The position numbers were made by a program, and so were the translations under genes. Of a stretch of DNA of 64,000 nt, positions 8,980 to 19,607 are shown piece by piece. The stretch lies in assembly GCA_902536295.1 (NCBI GenBank), contig CACAWS010000001.1:142658-206657 (forward strand), given 5' to 3'. The notes beneath the pieces are model-generated. The model was not told the DNA's origin and ran no database searches. It was given only the letters and a program-made list of their open reading frames with translations. How positions within the stretch are numbered: position 1 is the stretch's first letter; every line of letters starts with the position of its first letter. This DNA comes from an uncultured SAR86 cluster bacterium. GTDB lineage: Bacteria; Pseudomonadota; Gammaproteobacteria; Magnimaribacterales; AG-339-G14.

Positions 8980-10431
8980 TTAATCAATTACCCAAGTGTC
9001 CTTGCTTCCCCCGCCTTGGGAAGAGTTTACAATCGAACTACCTTTTTTTAGTGCAACTCTAGTAAGACCTCCAACCGTAACATAATGTTTTAAGCCACTT
9101 AATATGAAAGGCCTTAAGTCTAAATGTCTAGGTTCAATTTTTTCATTAGAAAATGTTGGCGATGTTGAGAGCGAAATATATGGTTGAGCTACAAAATTTC
9201 TTGGATTATTTCTTATTTTTCTAAAAATAGGTGCTACTTCATTAGATTTTAAATCTTTACCGATGACAATCCCATAACCCCCACTCTCTGCAACAGGTTT
9301 TATGACCATATTATGAATATTTTTTTCAACAAATTCTCTATGCTCTTTATTATTCATGAAATAAGTATCAATATTTTTAAGAATTGGTTTCTCCTTGAGG
9401 TAGAAATGAATCATGTCAGGTACATATGAATAAACAGCTTTATCATCAGCTATACCGCATCCAGGAGCATTAATAATGGAAACTTTTTTTTCAGACCAAC
9501 TTTTAATCAGACCTCTGACGCCAATCGTAGATTCTGGATTACCAACTTCTGGATCTAAATAATCATCATCTATTCTTCTGTAAATAACATGAACTCTTTG
9601 CAAGCCTTCTATAGTTTTTTTATAAACGTAATTATCTTTACCCACTTCTAAATCACTTCCCTCAACTAAATCTATTCCCATTTGTTGAGCTAAGTATGAA
9701 TGTTCAAAATAAGCTGAATTATATATACCAGGTGTAAGTAACACTATTTCGGGCGATTTAATTTTTGCATAACTTACAGACGCTAATGTTTCATATAATT
9801 TACTGGGATAATCATCTACAGGGTTTACTCCATACTTATTAAATAAATCAGGCAAAACTCTTTTCATTACCATCCTATTTTCCAACATGTAGGATACCCC
9901 AGAAGGAACCCTTAAATTATCTTCTAAAACATAAAAATCTCCGTCTTCTCCTTTAATTAAATCCGATCCACATATATGAGACCAAATACCATGCTTTAAT
10001 TTCTTATTTAAACAGTATTTTTTATAGGCAGATGTTTTGAGAACCAAGCTGTCATCAATCTTGAATTCTTCTAAAAATTTTTTTTTGTTATAACAATCTT
10101 CAATGAACATATTTAAAGCTTTTACTCTTTGAATCAATCCCTTTTCTACCATTTTCCACTCTTCTTTTTTAATTAGTCGAGGAATAAAATCCAATGGCCA
10201 TGTTCTGTTATCGCTTGAATTTGAATCATCTTGATATACTCTAAAAGTTATTCCCATGGATTGAATTGCTGAAATAGTTGCAGAATTTATGTCCTTTAAT
10301 TCTTCAAGCTTAAGAGAAGATAAAAAATTTAAGGTTTTTTGGGCATGTTTTCTTATTTTTAACGATTTGCCAAAAAACTCATCGTAAGAATTTCCTTTAT
10401 CGGAATAATTGATCAAACCATCTTTTTTCAT
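8980..10431 (-). CDS. Circularly permuted type-2 ATP-grasp protein
   Basis: LEDNLRVPSGVSY, TPGIYNSAYFEHSYLA, YRRIDDDYLDP, DLRPF, VNSSQGGGSKDTWV. Confidence 0.93.
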   Translation of the reverse strand: MKKDGLINYSDKGNSYDEFFGKSLKIRKHAQKTLNFLSSLKLEELKDINSATISAIQSMGITFRVYQDDSNSSDNRTWPLDFIPRLIKKEEWKMVEKGLIQRVKALNMFIEDCYNKKKFLEEFKIDDSLVLKTSAYKKYCLNKKLKHGIWSHICGSDLIKGEDGDFYVLEDNLRVPSGVSYMLENRMVMKRVLPDLFNKYGVNPVDDYPSKLYETLASVSYAKIKSPEIVLLTPGIYNSAYFEHSYLAQQMGIDLVEGSDLEVGKDNYVYKKTIEGLQRVHVIYRRIDDDYLDPEVGNPESTIGVRGLIKSWSEKKVSIINAPGCGIADDKAVYSYVPDMIHFYLKEKPILKNIDTYFMNNKEHREFVEKNIHNMVIKPVAESGGYGIVIGKDLKSNEVAPIFRKIRNNPRNFVAQPYISLSTSPTFSNEKIEPRHLDLRPFILSGLKHYVTVGGLTRVALKKGSSIVNSSQGGGSKDTWVID

Positions 10432-10585
10432 GGCAATTTATTATCTTATAAGCTTTTAAGTCCAGATAAAGGCATTTTTGTTGAGTAAGTCTAACGAAAT
10501 GCACTAAATTAATACAAAATTATTATTAAGATTGATTTTCAGGTATGTAATGAATTATGTTATTTTTAATTAAAATAACAATTTT

Positions 10586-11320
10586 ATGACTTACTGTTTA
10601 GGAATAAAAGTTAATGAAGGCTTAGTTTTCGCTTCTGATTCAAGAACTAATGCCGGTTTAGACAATGTTGGTTCTTACTCAAAAATGTTCACCTATAACG
10701 TTGGTGATAGAGCTTTTGTTATAATGACAGCAGGCAACTTAGCCACTTCTCAAGCGGTATATCATAGAATTCAAAAAGACTTAGATAGTACCTCTCCAAA
10801 AATTAATTTAAATCTCTGTCAAGATTTAGAAGAAGTTGCTGAATATATTGGAGAAATAAGCCTTGAGTGCCAAAAAATAGGAAATGACATACCTTTGCAA
10901 GAGAGCGCTCAATTGGGATCAAGTTTTATCCTAGGCGGGCAAATAAAAAATCAATCTCCAAATATTATTCTAATTTATCCTGAAGGAAACCATATCCATG
11001 TTTCTGAAGACAGTCCTTTTGTCCAAATTGGAGAAACTAAATACGGTAAACCAATATTAGATAGAACTATAGCTTCGGATACTCCATTAGGTGATACTGC
11101 CAGGGCTGCGTTACTTTCACTAGATTCTACGATGAGAAGTGACCTAACCGTTGGCCCGCCAATCGATTTCGTTGTTTTTAAAAAAGATCAAATAAATCTC
11201 GATTTTCAAGATAGACTAAAACTGGACTCTCCTTTTTTTCAAAAATTCTCAAATATTTGGCATGATGAACTTTTGAAAGCTATTAATCACCTTCCAAGAT
11301 TTAATTGGGAAGACGTTTAA
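10586..11320 (+). CDS. Anbu proteasome-type protease (Ntn hydrolase)
   Basis: MTYC.G start exposes Thr1; SDSRTNAG.D, GNLATSQ, QIGETKYGKPILDR, STMRSDLTVGPP. Confidence 0.93.
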   Translation: MTYCLGIKVNEGLVFASDSRTNAGLDNVGSYSKMFTYNVGDRAFVIMTAGNLATSQAVYHRIQKDLDSTSPKINLNLCQDLEEVAEYIGEISLECQKIGNDIPLQESAQLGSSFILGGQIKNQSPNIILIYPEGNHIHVSEDSPFVQIGETKYGKPILDRTIASDTPLGDTARAALLSLDSTMRSDLTVGPPIDFVVFKKDQINLDFQDRLKLDSPFFQKFSNIWHDELLKAINHLPRFNWEDV

Positions 11321-12458
11321 TTTCATCCATTACATTGTATTTATGGATTGACTTCTGAATATATTTTGCAAACATTTTCAAAATCAAATTCCTAAAAAAA
11401 ACTAGAAAACCATTCGATAAGTGATTAAAAGATCCCTGTAATTTTGATCTAAATTGAATTGTCTTTCCTCTTTTCAATCTCAATTTTTCATATTTTTTTA
11501 AACAATAAATTAAATCGTCATTTTTACTCAACAATTCTGCTAAACAATAAGCATCTTCTATAGCTAAACATGCACCCTGAGCCAAAAAAGGTAACACGGG
11601 ATGTGCAGCATCTCCCATTAATATTAAATTATTTGATACTAACTTTTTAATAGATTCTCTTTCAAAAAGACCCCATTTATGAGTTTTGTATGATTTTGAA
11701 AATAATTCCATAACTGTATCATTCCAAGAATTGAAATCAGAAAGTAGTTCAATTTTATTGCCTTCTGAAATCCATGTCTCTTTTTCCCATTTCTTTTGTT
11801 TTTTTATTGCAACAAAGTTTATTTCCTCCCCTTTTGAAATTGGGTAATGAACTATATGTCCATCCGAACCTAAATGAATATTTATTTCATTCCATAAAGA
11901 ATGACTAGATAGATTTTTTTTCGAAACAATTCCCCTCCAAGCGATTAAATTACTAAATTTCGGTTCATCGTTTAAAAAGTATTTTTGCCTAAATTCCGAA
12001 CGGATTCCATCGCAAGCAACAAATAACTCTGACTTTCTTTCATCATCAGAAAAAGATTCCGTTGAATTATTTATCTCATTAAATTTTTTGCCAAAAATTA
12101 ATTCTCCACCCATGTTCAAATAAGTATTCTTAAGCAAGTCAATTAAATCTTTTCGGTTGACGCTCAAGAAAACATCATCTCTTTCTTTGTTTAGAAGGAC
12201 AGAATTAATTATCTTCCCATTGTTAAAAGATCTAAAATTAACTCTTTTGGGTTTGTATCCTAAAGGAATTAAATTTTCTAACAATCCTGTTTTTTCTAAA
12301 AGAATTGTTGCATTTTTAGAAAGATTTATACCTGCTCCATATTCGCTTACGTCCCTATCCTGTTCATAAATTGTTACTGAAAAGTTATTTTTTTTTAAGC
12401 AACAGCCAAGAAACAAACCAGATATTCCTGCTCCAATAATGTTTATTTTCTTAAGCAT
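11301..12458 (-). CDS. FAD-dependent monooxygenase (salicylate/3-hydroxybenzoate hydroxylase-like)
   Basis: [32 protein letters not shown]. Confidence 0.88.
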   Translation of the reverse strand: MLKKINIIGAGISGLFLGCCLKKNNFSVTIYEQDRDVSEYGAGINLSKNATILLEKTGLLENLIPLGYKPKRVNFRSFNNGKIINSVLLNKERDDVFLSVNRKDLIDLLKNTYLNMGGELIFGKKFNEINNSTESFSDDERKSELFVACDGIRSEFRQKYFLNDEPKFSNLIAWRGIVSKKNLSSHSLWNEINIHLGSDGHIVHYPISKGEEINFVAIKKQKKWEKETWISEGNKIELLSDFNSWNDTVMELFSKSYKTHKWGLFERESIKKLVSNNLILMGDAAHPVLPFLAQGACLAIEDAYCLAELLSKNDDLIYCLKKYEKLRLKRGKTIQFRSKLQGSFNHLSNGFLVFFRNLILKMFAKYIQKSIHKYNVMDEIKRLPN

Positions 12459-13572
12459 TGATTTCTATAGTTTTAACTTTCTTTTCTAACCTTTCTTTTC
12501 TTTTTGTCCTGTCTTGAACCTGACCTACCAATTGGCCACATGCAGCCATGATGTCGTCACCACGAGTTGATCTAATAGTTGTAATGAATCCTTTATTTAC
12601 TAAATGATCTTTGAAGGCTCTGATTCTGTTATTAGATGGTTTTGAGTAATCAGACAGATTGAATTCGTTAAAAGGAATCAGATTAATTTTACATGGATAG
12701 TCTTTTAACAAATCAGCTAATTCGCTAGCTGTATCTAAAGAATCATTTACGTCATTAATCAAAATGTATTCAAAAGTAGTGACTCTTCGATCATTAAAAG
12801 AATCTACATATCTTTTAACAGCATCTAGAAGTTCCTTTAAAGGATATTTCTTATTAATAGGCACTAAAACATTTCTCAAATCATTATTAGGGGCATGTAG
12901 AGATATGGTAAGAGAAACATCGGATACCTTAGACAACTTATCTATTTCCGGGACTAAGCCTGAAGTGCTTAAAGTAACTTTTCTCTTAGATAAGTTATAT
13001 GCGGAATGATGTCTCATAATTTTCATTGCATTAACGACGTTATCAAAATTTAATAAGGGCTCTCCCATACCCATCATTACGATATTTGTTATATTTTTAT
13101 TATCGGCTTTTCTAGGAACTCCAAAAGAATTTTCTGCAATCAATACTTGACCTATGATTTCGCTTAAAGATAAATTCCGTGAAAACCCTTGTTTCCCAGT
13201 AGCACAAAAACTACAATTTACAACGCATCCAACTTGAGAAGAAACACATAAAGTATTTCTTCCTTTATCTGGAATTAGCACCATCTCAATTGATTGATTA
13301 TCTCCAACACTTAAAAGCCATTTTTTAGTGCCATCCTCAGAATTTTCTGCGAGCAAAATTTTAGGATATTCAATAATACAATTATCAGATAAATAATTTC
13401 TCAGGAGTTTTGAAAAGTTAGACATTTTGTGAAAATCAGTGACGCCATTCTGATGTATCCATTTCAAAAGTTGATTAGCTCTAAAAGATTTTTCACCAAT
13501 AGATTCAAAAAATTGAATTGTTTCGTCATAAGACAAATCTAATAAATTTTTTTTATCTACAATTGAGTTCAT
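12451..13572 (-). CDS. rlmN: 23S rRNA/tRNA adenine C2-methyltransferase (radical SAM)
   Basis: [37 protein letters not shown]. Confidence 0.96.
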   Translation of the reverse strand: MNSIVDKKNLLDLSYDETIQFFESIGEKSFRANQLLKWIHQNGVTDFHKMSNFSKLLRNYLSDNCIIEYPKILLAENSEDGTKKWLLSVGDNQSIEMVLIPDKGRNTLCVSSQVGCVVNCSFCATGKQGFSRNLSLSEIIGQVLIAENSFGVPRKADNKNITNIVMMGMGEPLLNFDNVVNAMKIMRHHSAYNLSKRKVTLSTSGLVPEIDKLSKVSDVSLTISLHAPNNDLRNVLVPINKKYPLKELLDAVKRYVDSFNDRRVTTFEYILINDVNDSLDTASELADLLKDYPCKINLIPFNEFNLSDYSKPSNNRIRAFKDHLVNKGFITTIRSTRGDDIMAACGQLVGQVQDRTKRKERLEKKVKTIEINA

Positions 13573-13599
13573 TGAAGAATAATGGATATAAAATGAAAA

Positions 13600-15057
13600 T
13601 TAATTTTTTGAAAAAACTAGATTTCCGTCTTCTAATTTAGAGAATTTTACATCTATCCAATCACGAATATAATCTTGATAGTTGACCCAAGGTTTTTTAT
13701 CCCCTTGCTTTGGATGAAGATGAAGCGATCTTTGTATGTAACCTGATGAATAACCAGTTAACCAGTCAAAAGTTTCGCCAACGTTCTCTGGTTTTTTGGG
13801 ACATGCAGCATTAAATCCATTTTTATCCATAAAATTAATTAATCGGCAAATAAAAGTGCTTGTTAGATCTGCTTTAAGAGTCCAAGAAGCATTTATATAT
13901 CCAAAAGAATTAACAAAGTTAGGAATATCGCTATACATTAAACTCTTATAAGTCATTGTATCGGAAACATTTACAAGTTTATTATTTACAGAAATATCTA
14001 TTCCACCAAAATTTTGGAGCACTAAGCCAGTGGCTGTGACAATTATATCCGCTTCAATTAATTCTCCTGATTTGACTCTTACTCCATTTTCTTCAAATTT
14101 TTCAATGTGATCTGTAACAACAGTGGCCGATTTGTTTTTTATAGACTCAAAAAGATCGCTATTTGGAACGAGGCATAATCTTTGCTCCCAAGGGTTGTAA
14201 TTAGGAACAAAGTGCTTATCGACATCAAAATCAGGTAATTCCTTTCTAACTTCATCTATAAGAAATTTTTTTGCTTTTTTTGGAAAAGCTCTAACTCTTT
14301 TAAATAAAAGTTGTTGAAGGTAAACGTTTCTAAACCTAATCAACTTATAAACAAATCTTTTAGGAAGAAACTTTTGAAGAAACAATGCTACTTTGTCTTC
14401 ATCAGGTCTTGATACGTAATAAGTCGGAGATCTTTGCAACATAGTTACTAATTTAGCCTTTTTTGCTATTTCTGGAACAATAGTCGCAGCAGTGGCTCCG
14501 CTACCAATTACTACAACTCTTTTATCTTCATAATTCAGTGATTCAGGCCACTTTTGGGGGTGTACGATTTGACCATTAAAATCGTTGCTTCCTTGAAAAT
14601 CCGGTTCATGACCTGATGAATATCTGTAATAGCCTGCACACATATATAAAAATTTTGATTTATAAATAAATTTTTCAGAGGTTTTTTTATTTAGTACTTT
14701 AACTTCCCATAAACATTCAGATTCATCCCAATTTGCCGATTCAACATGATGACTGTATTTAATTTTTTCATCTAAATTATATTCATCAATAGTTTCCTTT
14801 AAATAGTCCATGATTAGAGGACCAGTAGCTATTGATTTTCTGTGGTTCCACGGTTTGAAAGAATACCCAAGAGTGTGCATATCTGAATCTGATCTGATTC
14901 CTGGATATTTGAATAGATCCCAAGTACCACCAAAATTTTCTCTTCCCTCAAAAATTAAATAACTTTTGTTTGGGCAATTTGTATTGAAATGTGCTCCTGC
15001 TCCAATACCTGAAATTCCAGCTCCAACTACTATTACATCTAAAAAATTTTGATTCAT
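13600..15057 (-). CDS. Baeyer-Villiger flavin monooxygenase, EthA/AlmA-like
   Basis: GAGISG, GGTWDLFKYPGIRSDSD, F.G..VHPQKW, GSGATA, GYINASWTL. Confidence 0.9.
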   Translation of the reverse strand: MNQNFLDVIVVGAGISGIGAGAHFNTNCPNKSYLIFEGRENFGGTWDLFKYPGIRSDSDMHTLGYSFKPWNHRKSIATGPLIMDYLKETIDEYNLDEKIKYSHHVESANWDESECLWEVKVLNKKTSEKFIYKSKFLYMCAGYYRYSSGHEPDFQGSNDFNGQIVHPQKWPESLNYEDKRVVVIGSGATAATIVPEIAKKAKLVTMLQRSPTYYVSRPDEDKVALFLQKFLPKRFVYKLIRFRNVYLQQLLFKRVRAFPKKAKKFLIDEVRKELPDFDVDKHFVPNYNPWEQRLCLVPNSDLFESIKNKSATVVTDHIEKFEENGVRVKSGELIEADIIVTATGLVLQNFGGIDISVNNKLVNVSDTMTYKSLMYSDIPNFVNSFGYINASWTLKADLTSTFICRLINFMDKNGFNAACPKKPENVGETFDWLTGYSSGYIQRSLHLHPKQGDKKPWVNYQDYIRDWIDVKFSKLEDGNLVFSKN

Positions 15058-15092
15058 ACTAGAATTATAATGTCATTTGTATAGATTATAAA

Positions 15093-15455
15093 TTATTCAT
15101 TTAAATCAAATCCAGAATTGATCCAATCAGATATTCCACCTCGAAGAGAAAAAACTTTTTGATAGCCCATGTCTTGTAAAGTTTTAGCGCCAAGAATAGA
15201 ACGAACTCCTCCAGCGCAATACAATACTATTTCATCAGATCTATCAGAAATGTGACTCTCAATCTCCCTATCAAGTATTCCTCTTCCAATGTGAAGTGCA
15301 TTTTTTATTTTTCCAGAATTTAGTTCATTATCTTCTCGAATATCTATTAAATGAAAGTTATATTCACTGTCAATTAGGTGTTTAAGCTGGAAGATATCTA
15401 TCTCTTGAACATCAGTTGAAGCCTCAGAAACTAAATCGTAGAAACTTTTTTTCAT
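15093..15455 (-). CDS. Single-domain rhodanese (sulfurtransferase)
   Basis: LIDIRE..E, YCAGGVRS, L.GGI..W. Start set at MKKSF. Confidence 0.88.
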   Translation of the reverse strand: MKKSFYDLVSEASTDVQEIDIFQLKHLIDSEYNFHLIDIREDNELNSGKIKNALHIGRGILDREIESHISDRSDEIVLYCAGGVRSILGAKTLQDMGYQKVFSLRGGISDWINSGFDLNE

Positions 15456-15456
15456 T

Positions 15457-15666
15457 TTAATTTGAGAAGTATTTCTTTTTAACAATTCTTACTAAAAAAT
15501 AAAATGGAGATATTATCAATACACAAACAAATAACTCAGCCCAAAAACTTAAATCCATCCTTTCTCTAATAAATGCTGCAATGTAAATACTTCCAAAACC
15601 CATAAATCCATAAATAATAAATAGAGGGACGTCAATTTTCGAGATTATATTTTTTAGATTCTCCAT
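15457..15666 (-). CDS. Small two-TM hypothetical membrane protein
   Basis: 69-aa ORF with two hydrophobic segments and a basic tail; fills the gap and abuts the rhodanese start. Confidence 0.6.
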   Translation of the reverse strand: MENLKNIISKIDVPLFIIYGFMGFGSIYIAAFIRERMDLSFWAELFVCVLIISPFYFLVRIVKKKYFSN

Positions 15667-15712
15667 TATATAAACTATATTATTACAAATAATAAAACGT
15701 GAGATTGAAATA

Positions 15713-16483
15713 ATGAAAGACCAACAAGAATTAATATTAGATTATAAAAACCATACAACTTATATAAAAATAAATCGTCCTCCAAATAATTATTTTGATG
15801 CTGATTTAATTTGTCAGATTGCAGATATTCTTGAAAAAATGGATCAGGATGATAATTGTCGATCTATCATTCTTCATTCCGAAGGAAAACATTTTTGTGC
15901 TGGGGCGGATTTTACAAAATCCAATTTTAAAAATGAGTCTGAAGCATATTCAGCTCTTTATGATCAAGCGGTTAGGATGTTTAGAACAAAAAAACCGATA
16001 ATAGCTGTTGTACAAGGGGCGGCTGTTGGAGGAGGTTTAGGAGTAGCCTTAGCCGCAGATTTTAGAATTGCATGTATGGAATCAAGATTTAGTGCAAATT
16101 TTGCAAAATTAGGCTTTCATCAAGGCTTTGGTACAACTATTACCCTTCCCAGAGTAGTAGGCCCACAAATGGCAAAAAAAATGTTACTTACCGGGGTGAG
16201 ATTAAAAGGTGATGAAGCTTTCAAGATTGAATTAGCTGATTTTTTAGTAGATAGATCCGATCTCATGAATAAAGCTGAAGAACTCGCAGAGGATTTAAAT
16301 AGTTCTGGACCATTAGGTCTTCAAGCTATCAGACATACCATTAACGATGGAATTGCTGATCAGATTGAACAAATAGTTAAATGGGAACATTCTGAACAAG
16401 ACAGATTAAGAGAAACAGAAGACTTCAAGGAAGGTATCAAAGCATCAATTGAGAGAAGAGTACCAAAATTTAAAGGAAGCTAA
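15713..16483 (+). CDS. Enoyl-CoA hydratase/isomerase (crotonase)
   Basis: HFCAGAD, AVQGAAVGGG.G.ALAADFR, EDFKEG...SIERR.P.FKG. Confidence 0.9.
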   Translation: MKDQQELILDYKNHTTYIKINRPPNNYFDADLICQIADILEKMDQDDNCRSIILHSEGKHFCAGADFTKSNFKNESEAYSALYDQAVRMFRTKKPIIAVVQGAAVGGGLGVALAADFRIACMESRFSANFAKLGFHQGFGTTITLPRVVGPQMAKKMLLTGVRLKGDEAFKIELADFLVDRSDLMNKAEELAEDLNSSGPLGLQAIRHTINDGIADQIEQIVKWEHSEQDRLRETEDFKEGIKASIERRVPKFKGS

Positions 16484-16956
16484 GATTTTATTTTTAATCT
16501 TAAATCAAAATCTAATGGGCCTAAAGACTCGTGATTATCTTTTAAATCTTTTATTCTACTGAATGTCTCATCTGGCATTGGTGCAGATTTCCTTATTTTC
16601 ATATCAATATGAATAAGCAAACACTCGGAAATAGCAGATAATTCCTGTTTTTCATTTAAGAGAATTGAAGCGTGATGAATTATTTTTCGATTCACGTTAA
16701 CTATGCGGTAACAAGGATAAATTTTATCTCCTAAAAGATTTTCTTTTACATATCTTATATTTTCCTCAAGCGTAAAAGTAGAATAAGTGTCTCTTATAGT
16801 TTCATGATCCCATGAGAAACCAAGATCTTTATACAAAACGCCTGAGCCTTCATCGAATATTTTTGAATAAAAAGCTACATTCATGTGACCGTTCATATCA
16901 CACATATCCTTAGATACAGTTACAACATCGCCTTTATAGGGGAATTTATTTTCCAT
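16480..16956 (-). CDS. Hotdog-fold acyl-CoA thioesterase (4HBT-like)
   Basis: CDMNGHMNVAFY..IFD, FTLE..IRY..E. Confidence 0.85.
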   Translation of the reverse strand: MENKFPYKGDVVTVSKDMCDMNGHMNVAFYSKIFDEGSGVLYKDLGFSWDHETIRDTYSTFTLEENIRYVKENLLGDKIYPCYRIVNVNRKIIHHASILLNEKQELSAISECLLIHIDMKIRKSAPMPDETFSRIKDLKDNHESLGPLDFDLRLKIKS

Positions 16957-16968
16957 ACAATAAAATTT

Positions 16969-18459
16969 ATGGCAGATGATAGCTTACTTATAATTCTTGG
17001 CAACCAATTATTTCCAATAGAAGAAATAAAAAAATTAAAAATTAGAAAAGTTTTTATGAAAGAAGATCTGGGACTTTGCACAGATTTTAAACACCATAAA
17101 TTAAAGATCTTGTTTTTTTTAGGCGCTATGCGTGAATATAAGAAAGATCTAGAATCAAATGGAATTGAAGTTATTTATCATGACATAGATAAAAAATTAT
17201 TTGATATTCCCTACTTGGAATTACTTGAAAAAACCATCAAAGAAAATTCAATAACCAAAATTCATTATTTTGAAATCGAAGATAGTCAGTTTGCTAATCA
17301 ATTTAGTAAATTTTTGAAAAAAGTAAAAATTTCGTCAAACGAAATATCTTCACCCATGTTTCTTTGTGGTAGAAATGAATTCAAAGATTTTTTTGGCAAC
17401 AAACCTCTAAGGATGGTTTCTTTTTACCAAATGATGCGAAAGAAAATGAATGTCTTGATGTCAGACGGAAAACCTATTGGAGGAAAATGGTCCTATGACT
17501 CCGAAAATAGAAAAAAACTTCCCAAGAATATGGAAATTCCTTGTCTTCCAAAAATTAAATATTCTTCTGAATACTTGGATTTAAAGAAAACAATTGATTT
17601 TAAATTTTCTAATCATTATGGTGAACTGGATAACTCTTGGTTTCCTATAAATAGAAAAGACGCTCTAAAATGGCTTGATAACTTTTTAATTTATAGGTTT
17701 CGTAATTTTGGTTCTTATGAAGATGCAATTCATACAGACTATAATTTCATATTCCACAGTGCTTTGAGTCCGTTGTTAAACATAGGACTGTTAACCCCTC
17801 TCGAAGTAGTCAATAAATCTATAACTTATGCTAATAAAGAAAATATCCCTTTAAATTCTCTAGAAGGATTTATCAGACAAATCATTGGATGGCGAGAATT
17901 CATAAGGGGAACTTATCATTTAAAAGGCATTGAAGAATCGAAATCAAATTTCTTCAATCACACTAAGAAATTGACTAAAGAATGGTATACAGGCGATACA
18001 GGAATTCCTCCACTCGATGATGCTATCAAAAACTGCTTGAAATATGGCTTCACGCATCATATTCCAAGGCTGATGATCATAAGTAACCTTATGACTTTGG
18101 CAAGAATTGATCCTAAAGAAATTTACCATTGGTTTATGGAGATGTTCATTGATTCGTCTGAGTGGGTCATGACGCCAAATGTTTTCGGAATGGGTACTTT
18201 TGCTGATGGAGGAATATTCGCAACAAAACCATATTCATGTGGCTCTAATTATCTTTTAAAAATGAGTAATTATAAAAAGGGTGATTGGTGCGAAGTAGTA
18301 GACGGACTTTATTGGAAATTTATGAACGACAACCTTGCTTTTTTTAAATCAAATCCAAGACTCTCAATAATTCCAAGAGCTTTAGATAAAATGAATGCAG
18401 ACAGGAAAAATGACATTTTTTTAAAAGCTGAAGGTTTCATGAATTCGTTCACAAAATGA
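16969..18459 (+). CDS. Bacterial cryptochrome/(6-4) photolyase, PhrB/CryB family, lacking the Fe-S cysteine motif
   Basis: [69 protein letters not shown]...TKPY. Start moved to ATG 16969. Confidence 0.92.
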   Translation: MADDSLLIILGNQLFPIEEIKKLKIRKVFMKEDLGLCTDFKHHKLKILFFLGAMREYKKDLESNGIEVIYHDIDKKLFDIPYLELLEKTIKENSITKIHYFEIEDSQFANQFSKFLKKVKISSNEISSPMFLCGRNEFKDFFGNKPLRMVSFYQMMRKKMNVLMSDGKPIGGKWSYDSENRKKLPKNMEIPCLPKIKYSSEYLDLKKTIDFKFSNHYGELDNSWFPINRKDALKWLDNFLIYRFRNFGSYEDAIHTDYNFIFHSALSPLLNIGLLTPLEVVNKSITYANKENIPLNSLEGFIRQIIGWREFIRGTYHLKGIEESKSNFFNHTKKLTKEWYTGDTGIPPLDDAIKNCLKYGFTHHIPRLMIISNLMTLARIDPKEIYHWFMEMFIDSSEWVMTPNVFGMGTFADGGIFATKPYSCGSNYLLKMSNYKKGDWCEVVDGLYWKFMNDNLAFFKSNPRLSIIPRALDKMNADRKNDIFLKAEGFMNSFTK

Positions 18460-18590
18460 ATAAAAAAAATTTAGAAAAAATTTGCCCAGTTTGCAACAAA
18501 CCATTTACATGGAGGAAAAAATGGGAAAAGAATTGGAAGGAAGTCAAATACTGCAGTGAGAGATGCAGAAGAAATAAAATCAAGAAATAG
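18456..18590 (+). CDS. DUF2256-type small Cys4 protein (44 aa)
   Basis: Hand translation: [48 protein letters not shown] overlap with the photolyase stop. Confidence 0.9.
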   Translation: MNKKNLEKICPVCNKPFTWRKKWEKNWKEVKYCSERCRRNKIKK

Positions 18591-19587
18591 CTACAACAAC
18601 TTTTCCAACCAATTTTCTATCTCTCAAAAACTCTAATGCTTTTAAAGAATCTTTAAATTCAAATATTTTACAAATATACGGCTTGAGTTTTCCTTCGTTA
18701 GCTAAGGAATTAATGATGTCTATATTTTCCCTTCCACGTTCTGGGTCTCGTCTACCATATTCACCAGCTCTGACACCAATCACTGAAAATCCTTTGATGA
18801 GCGGATAATTTACGGGAAGACTTGAAATTCTTCCTGCTGCAAAGCCGATCACTAATAATCTCCCTCCCCAATTTATACATCGGATAGACTCATCAAAAAC
18901 ATCTCCTCCAACTGGATCATATATTACGTCAGCACCTTTTCCATTTGTCAGCTCTTTAACTTCTTCTCTAAACGAAGTTTTTCCATTTTTTAAGGTATTA
19001 ACAATTGAATCCGCTCCCCAAGATTTTACAAGATCTAATTTTTCATTAGATGTTCCAGTTGCAATAACATTTGCACCATATAACTTTCCTAATTGAACGG
19101 CTGCCATACCAACTCCACCTGAAGCTCCGTGAACTAATAGTGTTTCACCATCGGCTAAACTGCCTCTTCTTATGAGCCCGACATAAGCTGTTAAATATGC
19201 AGTTTTATAAGCGGCTGCTTCAGCAAAAGAAAATTCTTTTGGTTTTAAAGAAACCATTTTTGATGGAAGCACTATCTCTCTAGCAATTGCTCCATGTCCC
19301 CAACTACCAAACATGACTTCGTCACCTTCTTTAAATGTGTCAACATCAGATCCAATTTCTGTAATAATCCCAGCGCCCTCCATACCTAATACAAAAGGAA
19401 GTTCAGGTTTGTTTTGATATTTTCCCTGAGTCATTAACAAATCTGGAAAATTTAAAGATGCAGCTTTTATAGATATTCTTAAACTATCTTCAGATAAAGA
19501 TTGAATAGGTATTTTTTTGATAGAAAGATTAGATAAATTATCTGAAAGATTTGTACAAACAAATCCTTCAGTTTGATCCTTGCTCAT
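18580..19587 (-). CDS. NADPH:quinone oxidoreductase (zinc-independent MDR family)
   Basis: [40 protein letters not shown]. Confidence 0.9.
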   Translation of the reverse strand: MSKDQTEGFVCTNLSDNLSNLSIKKIPIQSLSEDSLRISIKAASLNFPDLLMTQGKYQNKPELPFVLGMEGAGIITEIGSDVDTFKEGDEVMFGSWGHGAIAREIVLPSKMVSLKPKEFSFAEAAAYKTAYLTAYVGLIRRGSLADGETLLVHGASGGVGMAAVQLGKLYGANVIATGTSNEKLDLVKSWGADSIVNTLKNGKTSFREEVKELTNGKGADVIYDPVGGDVFDESIRCINWGGRLLVIGFAAGRISSLPVNYPLIKGFSVIGVRAGEYGRRDPERGRENIDIINSLANEGKLKPYICKIFEFKDSLKALEFLRDRKLVGKVVVAIS

Positions 19588-19607
19588 AATTAAGGATAAC
19601 TTAGAAG

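Noticed and set aside
10470-10484. Sigma54 promoter-like AGGCATTTTTGTTGA
   Set aside because: The -12 element is GA rather than GC, and the NtrC-like box would lie downstream of it.
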